From NCBI GenBank assembly GCA_964016885.1, contig OZ024743.1, positions 74,090,001 through 74,154,000 on the forward strand: DNA of 64,000 bases, in the 5' to 3' direction. This document shows positions 1 to 15,755 of the stretch, piece by piece. Source of the DNA: Eledone cirrhosa. Its lineage: Eukaryota. The stretch's first letter is position 1. Each line of letters starts with the position of its first letter. The notes beneath the pieces are model-generated. The model ran no database searches. It was not told the origin of the DNA and saw only the letters and a list, made by a program, of their open reading frames with translations. The position numbers and the translations under genes were made by a program.

Positions 1-3000
1 TAAATAATGTGTATATCACTTTTATGACAGTGATTGTCTAAATAATGTCTCTACCACTTTTGTGACAGTGATTGTCTAAATGTCTGTACCACTTTTGTGA
101 CAGTGATTGTCTAAGTAATGTCTGTACCACTTTTGTGACAGTGATTGTCTAAATGATGTGTCTACCACTTTTGTGACAGTGATTGTCTAAATAATGTGTC
201 CACCACTTTTGTTACAGTGATTGTCTGAATAATGTATCTACCACTTTTGTGACAGTGATTGTCTATATAATGTCTGTACCACTTTTGTGACTGATTGTCT
301 AAATAAGGTCTATACCACTTTTGTGACAGTGATTGTCTAAATAAGGTCTATACCACTTTTGTGACAGTGATTGTCTAAATAATGTCTATACCATTTTTGT
401 GTCAGTGATTGTCTAAATAATGTCTACCACTTTTGTGATAGTGATTGTCTAAAAAATGTCAATACCACTTTTGTGACAGTGATTGTCTAAAAACGTCTAT
501 ACCACTTTTGTGACAGTGATTGTATAAATAATGTCTATACCACTTTTGTGGCAGTAATTGTCTAAATATTGTCTACATCACATTCGTGATAGTTATTGTC
601 TAAATAATGTCTATAGCTCTTTGCTGACAGTGATTGTTTAAATAATGTCTATACCACTTTTCTGACAGTGATTGTTTAAATAATATCTATATCACTTGTG
701 TGACGGTGATTGTCTAAATTATGTGTCTACCACTTTTGTGACAGTGATTGTTTAAATAATGTCAATAAACCTTTTGTGACAATGATTGTCTAAATAATAT
801 CTGTATCACTCGTGACAGTGATTGTCTAAATAATGTGTCTACCACTTTTGTGACGGTGATTGTATAAATAATGTGTATACCACTTTTGGGAGAGTGATTG
901 TCTAAATAATATCTATATCACTTTTGTGACAGTGATTGTCTAAATAAGGTGCCTACCACTTTTGTGACAGTGATTGTCTAAATAATGTCTATACTACGTT
1001 TCTGACAGTGATTGTCTAAATAGTATCTATATCACTTTTGTGACAGTGATTGTCTAAATAATGTGCCTACCACTTTTGTGACAGTGATTGTTTAATAATG
1101 TCTATACCACTTGTGTGACAGTGATTGTCTAAATAATGTGTATATCACTTTTGTGACAGTGAGTGTCTAAATAATGTGTATACCATTTTTGTGACAGTGA
1201 TTGTCTAAATAATGTCTATATCACTTGTGTGACGGTGATTGTGTAAATAATGTCTATACCACTTTTGTGACAGTGATTGTCTAAATAATGTCTATAACCC
1301 TTTTGTGACATTGATTGTCTAAATAATATCTGTATCACTTTTGTGCCAGTGATTGTCTAAATAATGTGTCTACCACTTTTGCGACGGTGATTGTATAAAT
1401 GATGTCTATACCACTTTTGGGAGAGTGATTGTCTAAGTGATATCTATATCACTTTTGTGACAGTGATTGTCTAAATAATGTGCCTACCACTTTTGTGACA
1501 GTGATTGTCTAAATAATGTCTATACCAGGTTTCTGACAGTGATTGTCTAAATAGTATCTATATCGGTTTTGTGACAGTGATTGTCTAAATAATGAGCCTA
1601 CCACTTTTGTGACAGGGATTGTCTAAATGATGTCTATACCACTTTTGTGACAGTGATTGTCTAAATAATGTGTATATCACTTTTGTGGCAGTGATTGTCT
1701 AAATAATGTCTATACAACGTTTGTGACAGTTATTGTCTAATTAATGTCTGTACCACTTTTCTGACAGTGATTGTCTAAGTAATGTCTGTACCACTTTTGT
1801 GACAGTGATTGTCTAAATGATGTGTCTACCCCTTTTTCGACAGCGATTGTCTAAATAATGTGTCTACCACTTTTGTGACAGTGATTGTCTAAATAATATG
1901 TCTACCACTTTTGTGACAGTGATTGTCTAAATAATATGTCTGTGCCACTTTTGTGACAGTGATTGTCTAAATAATGTCTATACAACTTTTGTGACTGGTT
2001 GGCTAAATAATGTCTGTACCACTTTTGTGACAGTGATTGTCTAAATAATGTGTCTACCACTTTTGTGACAGTGATTGTCTAAATAATGTGTCTACCACTT
2101 TTGTGACAGTGATTGTCTAAATAATGTCTATACCATTTTTGTGACAGTGATTGTCTAAATAATATGTTTACCACTTTTGTGACAGTGATTGTCTAAATAA
2201 TGTCTATACAACTTTTGTGACAGTGGTTGGCTAAATAATGTCTGTACCACTTTTGTGACAGTGATTGTCTAAATAATGTGTCTACCACTTTTGTGACAGT
2301 GATTGTCTAAATAATGTGTCTACCACTTTTGTGACAGTGATTGTCTAAATAATGTCTATACCACTTTTGTGACAGTGATTATCTAAATAATGTCTATACC
2401 ACTTTTGTGACAGTGATTGTCTAAATAATGTCTCTACCACCTGTGTGACAGTGATTGTCTAAGTAATGGCTGTACCACTTTTGTGACAGTGATTGTCTAA
2501 TTAATGTGTCTACCACTTTTGTGACAGTGATTGTCTAAATAATGTATCTACCACTTTTGTGACAGTGATTGTCTAAATAATGACTATACAACTTTTGTGA
2601 CAGTGGTTGTCTAAATAATGTCTGTACGACTTTTGTGACAGTGATTGTCTAAAAAATGTCTATACAACTTTTGTGACAGTGATTGTCTAAATAATGTCTA
2701 TACCATTTTTGTGACAGTGATCGTCTAAATAATGTCTTCACCAAATTTTTTACCCTGATTGTCTAAAAAATGCCTATACCACTGTTGTGACAGTGATTGT
2801 CTAAATAATGTGTCTACCACTTTTGTGACAGTGATTCTCTAACTAATGTCTATACAACTCTTGTGACAGTGATTGTCTAAATAATGTCTATACCACTTTC
2901 GTGGCAATGATTGTCTAAATATTGTCTACATCACATTTGTGATAGTGATTGTCTAAATAACGTCTATACCACTTATATGACATTGATTGTCTAAATAATG

Positions 3001-4170
3001 TCTATAGGTCTTTGGTGACAGTGATTGTCTAAATAATATCTATACCACTTTTGTGACAGTGATTGTCTAAATAATGTCTATTCCACTTTTGTGGCAGTGA
3101 TTATCTAAATAATGTGTCTACCTCTTTTTTTACAGTGATTGTCTAAATAATGTCTATATCACTTTTGTAACAGTGATTGTCTAATAATGTGTCTACCACT
3201 TTTGTGACAGTGATTGTCTAAATAATGTGTCTACCACGTTTGTGTCAGTGATTGTCTAAATAATGTGTCTACCACTTTTGTGACAGTGATTGTCTAAATA
3301 ATGTCTATACCACTTTTGTGACAGTGATTGTCTAAATAATGTGTCTACCACTTTTTTTACCGTGATTGTCTAAATAATGTGTATACCACTTTTTTCTACC
3401 GAGATTGTCTAAATAATGTGTCTACCACTTTTGTGACAGTGATTGTCTAAATAATGTGTCTACCACTTTTTTTTACCGTGATTCTCTAAATAATGTTTCT
3501 ACCACTTTTGTGACAGTGATTGTCTAAATAATGTGTCTACCACTTTCGTGACAGTGATTGTCTAAATAATGTGTCTACCACTTTTTTACCGTGATTGTCT
3601 AAATAATGTGTATACCACTTTTTTTACTGTGATTGTCTAAATAATGTGTCTACCACTTTTTTTACCGAGATTGTCTAAATAATGTGTCTACCACTTTTGT
3701 GACAGTGATTGTCTAAATAATGTGTCTACCACTTTTTTTACCGTCATTGTTTAAATAATGTTTCTACCACTTTTGTGACAGTGATTGTCTAAATAATGTG
3801 TCTACCACTTTCGTGACAGTGATTGTCTAAATAATGTGTCTACCACTTTTTTACCGTGATTGTCTAAATAATGTGTATACCACTTTTTTACTGTGATTGT
3901 CTAAATAATGTGTCTACCACTTTTTTTACCGAGATTGTCTAAATAATGTGTCTACCACTTTTGTGACAGTGATTGTCTAAATAATGTGTCTACCACTTTT
4001 TTTTACCGTGATTGTCTAAATAATGTTTCTACCACTTTTGTGACAGTGATTCTCTAAATAATGTGTCTACCACTTTTTTTTACCGTGATTGTCTAAATAA
4101 TGTGTCTACCACTTTTTTTACCGTGATTGTCTAAATAATGTGTCTACCTCTTTTGTGACACCGATTGTCA
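1..4170. repeat. 38-bp tandem satellite array, ~109 units, open at the window start
   Basis: Unit TAAATAATGT(CTA/GTC)TACCACTTTTGTGACAGTGATTGTC. Period 38 seen directly (tctacc at 2281 and 2319). A TTTTTTACCG variant is enriched after ~3350. Confidence 0.97.
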
Positions 4171-4184
4171 AGCTCTTACTAAAT

Positions 4185-4394
4185 TGAGGGAAAGAATCAA
4201 GCGACAGGTGACCCAGGGGTGGTCTTGCTTGGAGATCGCGCCAGATCAGTTGGAGACGGTTGCTTCTGACAGGACCATCTGGAATGAATGTTTGAGGACT
4301 CTGCCCCCACGACTCACTCAGGAATAAGTTGGAGAAGAAGAAGAAGAAGAAGAAGAAGAAGAAGAAGAAGAAGAAGAAGAAGAAGAAGAAGAAA
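4185..4394 (+). mobile_element. RTE-clade (Rex3/Expander-like) LINE 3' end with (GAA)n tail
   Basis: Reads WSCLEIAPDQLETVASDRTIWNECLRTLPPR then a stop and (GAA)n. Resembles the Rex3-type C-terminus. Homologous to 24075-24383. Confidence 0.7.
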
Positions 4395-4404
4395 TACCAT
4401 GCCA

Positions 4405-4560
4405 GTGTTAACGAGTTGGCATCCCATCGAGGTTAGCTTTGCCTTTTATCCTTACGGTGTCGTTTAGATAAAGTACCAATAATGAACTGTGTCTATCTAA
4501 TCGACTCTTCCCTCCCCTCAAATTGTTGGCCTTGTGCTTAAATCAGAAACTATCATCGTT
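4405..4560 (+). mobile_element. Degenerate SINE (family A)
   Basis: Contains ctttgccttttatccttacgg...aaagtacca...ttggccttgtgcttaaatcagaaac, shared with many copies in the window. Confidence 0.75.
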
Positions 4561-4899
4561 ATTATTATTAGTAGTAGTAGTTCCAGACCATTTTATATAT
4601 AGTAGTTGGTCCATGCGAAATAAGTTCTCAATAATTTCCTTCACTGTAAGCCCATCTTTACCAAAATATGTAGATATGAGTAAATGGCAAAGAAGCAACT
4701 TTATTTAATAAAAAAAAAGCTGAGTATGTGAAACTCTACAGTTTTTTAATGAGTTATATATAAGTTTATGTAAACATGTATTATGTTATTTATTATTATT
4801 GTTCAATGAGTTATACAAACTTCATATTTAATGAAGTGATGTAAAACGAATTAAATTATACATAGATGTAATTTGTCGCCTTCGCTGAACAATTTTCAT

Positions 4900-4996
4900 T
4901 CGAGTCTATCTATGAACGTTTGCTGGTCTCCATCCCTCTCTCTATACAGATGAAGGTGGCGTCGTCTTTTCCCTCTTTCTGTCACATACACACATA

Positions 4997-5034
<38 letters not shown>

Positions 5035-5423
5035 CTCTCTCTCTCTCTAAATAAATAAATAAATAAATGGTGTTCTTTTTCTATGCACATATATCTTGTT
5101 TGGCAGTCCCCCTCTCTTTATATAGACGAGGGCGACGTTATAACATTCTCTCTATCTACCTCTTTCTGTCACCTCGAAAACACATGGCGCTCCCTTTTCT
5201 CTCTCTATCATATCTCTAGCTTGGCGCTCTTCCTCCCTCTATATAGATATAGACGAGGGTGACGTCATAACTATCTGTTTATCTACCTCTTTCTGTCACC
5301 TCGGAAACATACGACGTTCCGTTTACTTTCTTTTTACTTTGGTGTTACCTACTCTAAATAAAGTGAACGTGACCAATGGATGGTCGGACGGACGGACAGA
5401 CAACGCTCTTATTATAAGATAGA
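4900..5423 (-). mobile_element. Non-autonomous Helitron-like 5' portion with internal ~130-bp repeats
   Basis: Minus strand begins A|TCTATCTTATAATAAGAGCGTTGTCTGTCCGTCCG, the same design as the Helitron 5' end at 60951. No 3' CTAG end found. Confidence 0.5.
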
Positions 5424-5844
5424 TTATTATTATTAAATTATATGTGTGACTTCATTTGTAAATATAATTGTGATTTCGACTTGAATAATATGAACAGCCT
5501 GTTGAAATCCAGGAATATATTGTAAATGCCAGCAACAGCAACACTAACAAGAACAAAAGCAACATAAAAAAACTACAGTAAAAACAACATAAAGACAACA
5601 GCAACAACAACAACAAGACCAACATTAATATCAGCTACAAACAGAACTGCATATATAATAGCATCAATAACAAAGAAATATCATTTTAGTGAAAGTTTTC
5701 AAAGTTATTGTTATTCAAAATTGTTGTTTAATTCATCCGAGTGGCTACGTGAAAAAATTGGCGAAGAACAGAGATTATTATAGAATTATTATATAATGTC
5801 ATTGGGTTAGTGGACCTGTGGACAACATAGAGGAATGGTGGGTG

Positions 5845-7650
<1,806 letters not shown>

Positions 7651-8063
7651 AGATACATCCACACTCAAAAACGAAACAAAATATTTATATCATAAAAGTA
7701 TATTTCAGTTAATTTAAGAGATTATTAAAATGTTCTGCTTGATAGCAACTCACCTATTCTAGCTTGTATAGTTTTCTCTAAAATTATACATTGATAGCTT
7801 GATAGCTCGCTTTCTCTCTCTTCCTCCGCCTCATTTTTTACATTCTATCTATCTATCCATCTATCTATCTATCGACCGGACGTGCGATAGATCGTTGGTA
7901 AGTTTTTGTAAAATGTTCTATACAAAAACAGAATTTATTGTGTGAAAATGTTATATTGTTTGATAGATTAACACCCAGGCTGAATTGTCTGCTGAGTGGT
8001 AATCTTAGTTTTCGCCCGTGTGGGGCGAAAATTTAATTAAATAAATTATTGAAAAGTTTTAAA

Positions 8064-9877
8064 ATGTTCCTAACTGTTGCGTGACGTTGACAACGAGAAG
8101 AGAGGGAAAGAGGCAGATATAAGCGTTATATATCCCTCTACTTCCATAGAAGTATCTATGGAGACAAACAACAACAAAACTTCGTTTCGTAAAGAAATGG
8201 ATATTTGCACAACAAAAGATGAAAATGACAGCCCACAACAGACACCAAAAAATACAGAAAATGCAGAAATTGAAACAATTAACACAACTACACACGAAAA
8301 AACCAACAACAACAACAAAACTGAAAAAACAACATTCGCACAGACTCTAATAAAAAAAAAACAGAATATAAAGAGTTGAACATCAGCAATTCAAAACAGA
8401 TGTTGTCTGATGTGAAACAATTTACAACATTTGAAGAAAAGGGTGGATTTCATATAAACTCACCCTTGGAAACTAAACAAGAAACAGTTCGAAGAACGGT
8501 AACCTTCAGAACTGTCTCAAATCAAATAAAAAAGCCGCTATTCCTTAGTCAAGGGGAAATTGAAACCACCTTGAAAGAGGCTCTGCCGGACATTGATTTT
8601 CTGCAAAGGGCCAGGCTATATCGAAGTATTTCGGTACTTTTTAAAAGCGAGGCCCTCGCACAAAAGCATTCTGTTACACCAGTCATCACAAAAACACACA
8701 CCTTTTTCTCTCTTACATGGGAAAAAGAACACAAACAATTAAAATATATAACATTCGACCAAACATCAACATTTGGTGGATCTTAGCAGGGTTCATAGAG
8801 CCAGAAAGTGACACAATTCTTTCTGTCAGGAAGTCGACCAGACAAAGGTGGGCGGGTACCAATTTGGAGATTCTGGTGCAGATGAGACCGGAGAGAATCT
8901 CCAAAATACCCGAAAAGGTCCTGGTCGACAACAACAACTACATTAACATTTCGGTTGAGGGACGAAAACCACATTGCTTTCGTTACAATAGCACCACACA
9001 TCTAAAGGCCTCCTACCCTTTACAAACACGTTCAACCAAAACAATCCCAAAGAAAACACTGTTACCAACACCAACACCAAAACAACCACCACTACCACAA
9101 CAACAACACATGAAACAAGCAAACACACCAAAACAAACAGCCACTCAACCAACAACAACAGAAAAAACACAGACAACACCCCTGAAGAACACAGCCCCAC
9201 CCCATCCCACTCCATCAAACACTACCACAAACACACACCGAAAGACCACCACCACACAACACACCCCTACCCCAAACTCCTGACGATGATTATTCATCAA
9301 CAGATGAGGCTGCTTCCCCTTCTTTAAGTGAAGAAGATGGAGAGCCTCGGAAATCAAAAAAAAACAAAAAAAGAGACACCACAAAACCCCCAAAACTCCA
9401 ATCACCAACACCAACACACAACCACAGACACAAACAACAACACAAACAACACCACAGTCAAAGATCCCCCTACCAGTAAAACCAACACCAACACCACCCC
9501 AAACACAAGCACCCACCATAAAAAGAAAACTTCCGAACGAACAACAAACAATAATAACACAACAAAAACACAAACAACAATACGCATACATCAACACAAA
9601 CAACAAGAGTTTGATGGAGCTCATCTCCCAAAACTCCAAGGTGGAGACGGAGGGCAAAACTTTCGTTAAAGCAGAATCGTCTCCACACCTTAAACTTATA
9701 ATGGTTTCTATGGAGACCTATAGTGACCTGAAGAATAAATTTTCCCAGGACGTGGGCAACCCCTGCCAGAAACCCATCAACCACGTCCTGTTAAAATGTT
9801 TCCCCAGTCCACCCATCACCTCCTCCAGCACCCAAATGGAGATTGAACAACCCGATCTCCAGGAAACAAAAATGTAA
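8064..9877 (+). pseudogene. Frameshifted LINE ORF1
   Basis: Fragments RTVTFRTV, MGKRTQ...WILAGFI.P...ILVQMRPERI...YINISVEGRKPHC and TEGKTFV...PHLKLI...KPINHVLLKCFP match ORF1 at 34699. Split over at least 4 frames; the knuckle is degraded. Confidence 0.88.
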
Positions 9878-9919
9878 GTGCACCTTTTCGTCCTTTTTCG
9901 CCAACTCTTCTCCACCAAC

Positions 9920-11150
9920 ATGACTAGTTTACGAGTTGGTAGCGTGAATGTGCGTGGCCTAGGGATGCCCTGGACACAGGGCCAACTTTTAAACGACCTT
10001 AGATCACACGGTATGGATGTGATAGCCATCACCGAGTCCAGGATCCACAACAGGAAGCAACTAACCCCCATCTTCAATGACTTTGAGATCTACGCATCAC
10101 TCTGTCAACCAGGAGGTGGAGGGGGAGTGGCTGTCATGTTTCGGAAAAACCTGGACGTCGAAGTACACTTGGACCCGGAGGGTAGACTGGTAGTCCTCGA
10201 CGTGAACAGTATTGGAGGTGGAGCCTTCAGACTGGTGGCCGTTTATGCCCCGACCGGGAAATCGCAATCGCGGCCAGACTTCTTTAAGCGTCTAGAGTCT
10301 TTTCTGGGAACGTCTCGCTCCTTGCTTTTAGTGGGGGATCGGAATGGTATCCTAGATGCACGATGGGACTATGTGGGAGCATGTCCCAGTAGAGGGGGGG
10401 GGGACAGCCTCAACAATCTAATCGGCCAATTCCAACTGGCCGATAGATATCGATTAGATTACCCGACTGCACCACAGTCGACGTGGGCAAACCGCAGCAG
10501 GACATCTAGATCGTATTTAGATAGGTTTTTCATTAGAGAGAAGGACAAGAAGATGTTAAGCTTTCCACAAATGCACATAGTTGCCTATTCAGACCACAAA
10601 CTAGTCATCTGCATAGTCAACCGTGATAGAATACATAGACAAGGACTCGGATACTGGAAGCTGAACGTGCCGCTACCGACACGTAAAGCCTACAGTGAAC
10701 GGATAAGTAGATTAGTTAAGCAGCAATTGACGGGAGCCATCGTCAACAACAGATGGTGGTACTCCCCCAAGAAAGCGATTAGAGTAGAGTCGATAGATTT
10801 TAGCAGAGAGTTAGCCTTAGAGAGAAACAAAACAGAAACGGAACTAGTAGCCAAGGCGCTTAGTGGCGGCAACGTAGCTAGAGTGCTAGCAACAAGAACG
10901 GCACTGGACCAGTTCTTCGATGCGAATCACGAAGGCTGCGTGCTCAGAAGTAAATTACGTGCTCTGGGAAACGAGGGAGTGAAAGCTGTTAGCTGGGCCC
11001 GAGTGGCAGAGGCGAAAAGTGGCAAAAATCCACGATTTTGAAAGACCAAAACGGACGCGTGCTACTTGACCCCAAGCAGATGTGCGCGGCCTTTCAGCCG
11101 CACTTTGCGCAACTGTTCGGGCAGAGTGGCGGTGCGTCGAACGGGGCAAT
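9920..11150 (+). pseudogene. LINE ORF2 N-terminus (APE endonuclease), truncated
   Basis: Motifs GSVNVRG, ITES, GDRN (GDWN in the intact copy), YLDRF, SDH and YWKLN. Frameshift near 11035. Confidence 0.9.
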
Positions 11151-11220
11151 GGACTCTCTAGCTCCTACCCCCGTAGTAGAGCACTTTCCGACCCTACCAC
11201 GCCGTATCCAGACTTTTCCG

Positions 11221-11255
<35 letters not shown>

Positions 11256-11722
11256 TAGATATATATATCTATATATATAATTTTCAATCATATTTTATTT
11301 GTTTGGCCCGAATTACTTGGTCGTTTCTATGGCTGTGCGGATAATGGTTTAATCATCGTCTCAGTGTGTTTGGCCTTTTAACTTATGTTGTTGCTCTATA
11401 GTTCTCTAGCTTCTATGGAGCGCTTGCCACATATCTCGGAAGTTGTTTTTCGCTTATTTCCAATATCCGAAATACGATTCTCTGTAATTTATATTTGTAT
11501 ATATATATATATATATATATATACAAGAGTGGGGGCGGTCCATTTGTGGATTTGAAAGAACACATATACACACCCTCATATATGTGCATATTTGCATTTG
11601 TGTGTGTCTGTGTGTGAAGTGTGGTTTGAGCGTGAAGTTTGTTTTGGGCGCGCGCGTGTGTGTGTGCGCGTGTGTGGGCGCGCGCGTGTGTGTGTGCGCG
11701 TGTGTGTGTGTGCGCGTGTGTG

Positions 11723-11767
<45 letters not shown>

Positions 11768-12303
11768 TGTGTTTGTGAATGATTGAGTGTATGTCTGGCG
11801 TTTGTTCAGTGTATAAATATAATATTTTTTTACTCAGGTATTAGTCAACAGACATCTGAAGGTCCTGAAAGATTGTTCAGATTAGGAAGAAAAATAAACA
11901 TTTATTTATTTATTTTCTTGTCTACGAATAAACAAATTGGATATAACAATTTTTGTTGATTTTCTTTTATTTTTAATAACAAAAGAAATATTCTCTAACG
12001 ACAGCTGAAGATAACATTATCCGAAAAATAAATTTTCTCACGAACAAAATCAAGTTTTTTTTTTTTTTAAATGCAGGTTTATAATAGAATATTTACACAT
12101 ACAGTATCTTTATGCAGTTTATTCCAATTTTCCTCTAACAGCAATAACAACAACTATATCCTCACTATCATTGAAGATAGTGATGATATAGTTGTTGTCC
12201 GGAAGACAATGTTCACACCCCCACCCCAAACAGACGGATCTTTGTCGGTTCCGACGATGCGTGTTCTAGCTGTTCGATGGACAGAACAGCCTGCTAGTGA
12301 AAT

Positions 12304-12367
<64 letters not shown>

Positions 12368-12669
12368 ATGAGGGGGGAATGAGAGAGAGAAATAAATGGC
12401 TGAAAATTCCACAGACACGTGTACCCCTAACGTAGTTCTTATGGAAACTCGGCGTCACACAGTACTTAACAAGGCTGATTCTTTGAATTACAAGTACAGT
12501 TCATCCAATGGGCTTCGAAAAAGTTTCCTTCTACCAAATTACAATAACAAGGCTTGGTCGACGCGAGACTATAGCAATTGATACATGCCCAAGATGTCCC
12601 GGCCTAATGTTTGCAAATCAAACTCCTTGACCCACAGAGCCATCTATTCAATAATTGAATACATATAAT

Positions 12670-12986
12670 TGTTTCTACTTTTGGCCCAAGGACAGCAATT
12701 ACCCATTGCATTACTGGTACTTTATTTTATCGATCCCGTAAGGATGAAAGGCAAAGTTAACGTCGACGGGATTTGAACTCAGACCATAAAGGGACGTAAC
12801 TCTTCGCTGCAAAGCATGGCGTCCGACACTCTACTGATAGTGCCAATCCACAGCCAATTTAATACATATAATTGTTTCTACTTTTGGCACAAGGCCAGCA
12901 ATTACCCAGTGCATTACTGGTACTTTATTTTATCGACTCCGTAAGGATGAAAGGTAAAGTTAACCTCAGCGGGATTTGAACTCAGA
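12670..12986 (-). mobile_element. Two tandem family-A SINEs
   Basis: Two copies of gtttctacttttggc...aaggatgaaagg...gggatttgaactcaga, each preceded by AATACATATAATT. Confidence 0.85.
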
Positions 12987-13129
12987 ATTTAATACATATA
13001 ATGTTTTGTCGTAAGGCCAGACGTAGAGTTACCCTCTTCAAATACAATATATTCAGTTTTTCTTTCACCGATTTCAGTCATTGTAATGTTGATAGATTAG
13101 GGTCTCACCTTCATGAGATTTGTTGATCA

Positions 13130-13462
13130 CTGTACAGTAGGTCCTGTTCGGTCAATAATGACCATGGTTTTGCACCTATAAACTTCCCCTCCGAGGCACA
13201 TGGTGTGTTTGTGGAAGACCAGCAGTCGCCCATGTATACCAGTCTGCTTACTCCACACCACCGATGTTGTCCAAAGGAAAGGCAATGGCCGATACAGCTT
13301 GGCATCAGTGACGTCACAACTCATTTCTACAGCTGAGTGAACTGGAGAAACATGAAATAAAAAGTGTCTGGCTCAAGAAAATAATGCACCGCCCGTTCTG
13401 GGATTCGAACTCACACCCTTACGATTTTGAGATCAAGGTTCTAACCACTAAGCTATACGCCA
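13130..13462 (-). mobile_element. tRNA-headed SINE (family B core)
   Basis: Minus strand gives ggcgtatagcttagtggttagaa...gagttcgaatccc (A/B boxes) and the cttgagccagacactt core. Confidence 0.8.
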
Positions 13463-13816
13463 ACCCCAATACGTATTTCGGTATAAATGTGACGAAGAAT
13501 GACGAATAACAACTAACTAGGAGTGTATGAGTGAATGTGATTAGGGAGTGAAACAAAGAAGCCTTTAATATTTCAGCAGTTAACAAACCCACACTATAAT
13601 ATTATAGAATAGTAGTGGGAGTTGATGACAATACCGTCCATACATGCTGAGATCTAGTGGTTTGACAAGATATTTACAATTATAGTTCCGAATAATCTAC
13701 AAAAAACTAAGTAGAAAAATGATCGCAGGTGAATGTTCGTTTCTACTGTCGCTTTGTCATTTGAGATTTGAGGAATTTGGAATTGAGGAATTATTAGTTA
13801 GAATTTACTAGAAATA
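13348..13816. repeat. 469-bp direct repeat, copy 1
   Basis: Matches 15287-15755 (offset 1939); only one substitution noticed (gctcaag/gctgaag). Confidence 0.93.
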
Positions 13817-15286
13817 TGTCTACCACTTTTGTGACAGTGATTGTCTAAATAATATGTCTACCACTTTTGTGACAGTGATTGTCTAAATAATGTCTATACA
13901 ACTTTTGTGACTGGTTGGCTAAATAATGTCTGTGCCACTTTTGTGACAGTGATTGTCTAAATAATGTGTCTACCACTTTTGTGACAGTGATTGTCTAAAT
14001 AATGTCTATACCATTTTTGTGACAGTGATTGTCTAAATAATATGTCTACCACTTTTGTGACAGTGATTGTCTAAATAATGTCTATACAACTTTTGTGACA
14101 GTGGTTGGCTAAATAATGTCTGTACCACTTTTGTGACAGTGATTGTCTAAATAATGTGTCTACCACTTTTGTGACAGTGATTGTCTAAATAATGTGTCTA
14201 CCATTTTTGTGACAGTGATTGTCTAAATAATGTCTATACCACTTTTGTGACAGTGATTGTCTAAATAATGTCTATACCACTTTTGTGGCAGTGATTTCTA
14301 AATATTGTCTACATCACATTTGTGATAGTGATTGTCTAAATAACGTCTATACCACTTATGTGACAGTGATTGTCTAAATAATGTCTATACCACTTTTGTG
14401 ACAGTGATTGTCTAAATAATGTCTCTACCACCTGTGTGACAGTGATTGTCTAAGTAATGTCTGTACCACTTTTGTGACAGTGATTGTCTAAATAATGTGT
14501 CTACCACTTTTGTGACAGTGATTGTCTAAATAATGTATCTACCACTTTTGTGACAGTGATTGTCTAAATAATGTCTATACAACTTTTGTGACAGTGGTTG
14601 TCTAAATAATGTCTGTACGACTTTTGTGACAGTGATTGTCTAAAAAATGTCTATACAACTTTTGTGACAGTGATTGTCTAAATAATGTCTATACCATTTT
14701 TGTGACAGTGATTGTCTAAATAATGTCTATACCAAATTTTTTACAGTGATTGTCTAAAAAATGCCTATACCACTGTTGTGACAGTGATTGTCTAAATAAT
14801 GTGTCTACCACTTTTGTGACAGTGATTCTCTAACTAATGTCTATACAACTCTTGTGACAGTGATTGTCTAAATAATGTCTATACCACTTTCGTGGCAATG
14901 ATTGTCTAAATATTGTCTACATCACATTCGTGATAGTGATTGTCTAAATAACGTCTATACCACTTATATGACAGTGATTGTCTAAATAATGTCTATAGCT
15001 CTTTGGTGACAGTGATTGTCTAAATAATGTCTATACCACTTTTGTGACAGTGATTGTCTAAATAATGTCTATTCCACTTTTGTGGCAGTGATTGTCTAAA
15101 TAATGTGTCTACCTCTTTTTTTACAGTGATTGTCTAAATAATGTCTATATCACTTTTGTAACAGTGATTGTCTAATAATGTGTCTACCACTTTTGTGACA
15201 GTGATTGACTAAATAATGTGTCTACCACGTTTGTGTCAGTGATTGTCTAAATAATGTGTCTACCACTTTTGTGACAGTGATTGTCT
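13817..15286. repeat. Second block of the 38-bp satellite (~39 units)
   Basis: Same unit and orientation as 1-4170, with the same ordered variants as ~1890-3295. Confidence 0.96.
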
Positions 15287-15755
15287 AAACATGAAATAAA
15301 AAGTGTCTGGCTGAAGAAAATAATGCACCGCCCGTTCTGGGATTCGAACTCACACCCTTACGATTTTGAGATCAAGGTTCTAACCACTAAGCTATACGCC
15401 AACCCCAATACGTATTTCGGTATAAATGTGACGAAGAATGACGAATAACAACTAACTAGGAGTGTATGAGTGAATGTGATTAGGGAGTGAAACAAAGAAG
15501 CCTTTAATATTTCAGCAGTTAACAAACCCACACTATAATATTATAGAATAGTAGTGGGAGTTGATGACAATACCGTCCATACATGCTGAGATCTAGTGGT
15601 TTGACAAGATATTTACAATTATAGTTCCGAATAATCTACAAAAAACTAAGTAGAAAAATGATCGCAGGTGAATGTTCGTTTCTACTGTCGCTTTGTCATT
15701 TGAGATTTGAGGAATTTGGAATTGAGGAATTATTAGTTAGAATTTACTAGAAATA
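15287..15755. repeat. 469-bp direct repeat, copy 2
   Basis: Near-identical to 13348-13816. Confidence 0.93.

Larger units (their letters stand above)
7873..11220 (+). mobile_element. Decayed, 3'-truncated L1/Tx1-group LINE (copy A)
   Basis: Frameshifted ORF1 pieces (8077-9877) and an APE domain (9920-11041) align by eye to the intact element at 34699-40050. Starts right after (TCTA)n and stops before the RT core. Confidence 0.92.

Noticed and set aside
1-4170. 38-bp repeats as a CRISPR array or RSS-like signals
   Set aside because: Units are contiguous with no unique spacers, there are no cas genes, the context is eukaryotic, and no proper heptamer/nonamer pair is present.
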